The notes under the pieces are model-generated. The model did no database searches, was not told the DNA's origin, and saw only the letters and a list, made by a program, of their open reading frames with translations. Shown piece by piece: positions 62,838-64,000 of a stretch of 64,000 nt of DNA. Within the stretch, counting starts at the first letter, position 1, and every line of letters starts with the position of its first letter. The stretch is from Centroscyllium fabricii (lineage: Eukaryota): NCBI GenBank assembly GCA_051313645.2, contig JBNRSN020000094.1, forward strand, positions 2,356,001 through 2,420,000, read 5' to 3'. The position numbers were made by a program, and so were the translations under genes.

Positions 62838-63733
62838 CGTATTATTGCGGCATTCATACATTTCATTTCGCCGTTTCACCAACAGCAGTAAACCACCGTG
62901 CAGGCAGTTTTGCTCAGTATTTTATCACTTCTTCACCATTTCCTTCAGTTGTTATTGACAGGCAGATAGGATTTGCAGAATTTCCTCTGCTTCGGGTAAT
63001 TGGCATGAACCCAGCACCGAGGACGACAAACACCGCCACCCAAGCAACTCAATTCACACCGTTCACTCACTCGTCTCCACACTGGCTGCGTCTCAAGTCA
63101 GATATGTTGACATTTTTGGTTGTTGCATTTTTTGCAATCTAGCGACCAGGCTCGAACCTTTGCACAAGACGGAACACCGTTACACAACAGGAAGATGCTT
63201 ACACAACAGTGAACAACTTTACATGGCAGGGAACATCTTTAAACAGCGGGGAATCCCTTTACACCGCCGAAAGCACCAAGGTGCAAGTCTCTGTCTTGCT
63301 CTCAGTCTCCATTGCCCTGTTTGCCTTTCTCTCTCTCTCGCTCTCTGTTTCTCTCGCAGTCTCCTTCTTTCCCGCAGTCTCTCCCTCGTGTTATTCGGGC
63401 TTAGTGTGTGTGTCTCTCTCTGTCTGGTTTCCTCAGTGTCTTTCTCTGTTCCTCCCGTGTTGTGTCCTGCAATACGCTTGCTGTTTTTCGGTGTCTCATC
63501 ATTGTGTGTCTCTCCCATGGTGTGTTAGGTGTAATACTGAGTGTCTTTGTGACATTGTGCAGCCATGTGAGCCTGCCAAGCCGGCTGATGTGGTGTCCGG
63601 GTCTCGGGGCTGTTTGAAGGTCGTGCTGTTGCTTTCAACACAGCCTGGATGCTGACAATTGTCTCGCTGACACCCAGCACTGTGACGCATCGCAAGCTAA
63701 ACAGCAGCCGGGATGTGTTGGCAATCGACAGAC

Positions 63734-63805
63734 AGCAGAGTGGCGCAGCGGAAGCGTGCTGGGCCCATAACCCAGAGGTCGATGGATCGAAACCATCCTC
63801 TGCTA
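63734..63805 (+). tRNA. trnam-cau: tRNA-iMet(CAT)
   Basis: Consensus initiator tRNA sequence. Confidence 0.97.
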
Positions 63806-64000
63806 TTTGCATTCTTATTTCCAGCAAAGCTAAAAAAAACAGCTGTTGCTGCCCACAATCACATCGCGCTTCATTTTGTCACTCTGGACACATTACTGAC
63901 ACCAACTTCCTGGTTGAAATACACAACAGGGCAAATAATGAATTTTGCCCTGTCCCTGGGACTAGGGACAGGGCCACTTGCAAGGCTTGGAATCTAAGCA

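Larger units (their letters stand above)
1..64000 (+). repeat. Tandem array of ~38 units of ~1,690 bp (tRNA-iMet + 5S fragment + tRNA-Leu); runs off both window ends
   Basis: Sequence and ORF track recur every 1,669-1,726 bp (e.g. starts 155, 1845, 3535); one unit is 2,041 bp because of an insertion. Confidence 0.99.

Noticed and set aside
1-64000. CRISPR array or functional 5S rDNA array
   Set aside because: No unique spacers or cas genes; the 5S sequence lacks its 5' ~43 nt and terminator

Overview
The whole 64-kb window is a eukaryotic head-to-tail tandem array of about 38 near-identical ~1,690-bp units. Each unit carries an initiator tRNA-Met(CAT) gene and a tRNA-Leu(AAG) gene on the + strand (38 and 37 copies). 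Between them lie a degenerate 3' two-thirds of a 5S rRNA gene and an AATAAA+(ATT)n retroposon-like tail. A CT/GT-rich low-complexity spacer precedes each iMet gene. No protein-coding gene is supported; all ORFs are repeat artefacts. Shared variants reveal a ~13.6-kb (8-unit) higher-order duplication and a 15,191-bp-offset duplication. One iMet copy has an anticodon changed to CGT. The only foreign sequence is a 351-bp insertion at the exact 3' end of one tRNA-Leu gene (43927-44277). It has a 10-12-bp target-site duplication, a 142-bp near-perfect inverted repeat and a minimal hammerhead-ribozyme-like motif on each strand. It resembles the pseudo-LTR of Penelope-like elements of the kind I associate with cartilaginous fishes, so the host assignment is inference only.
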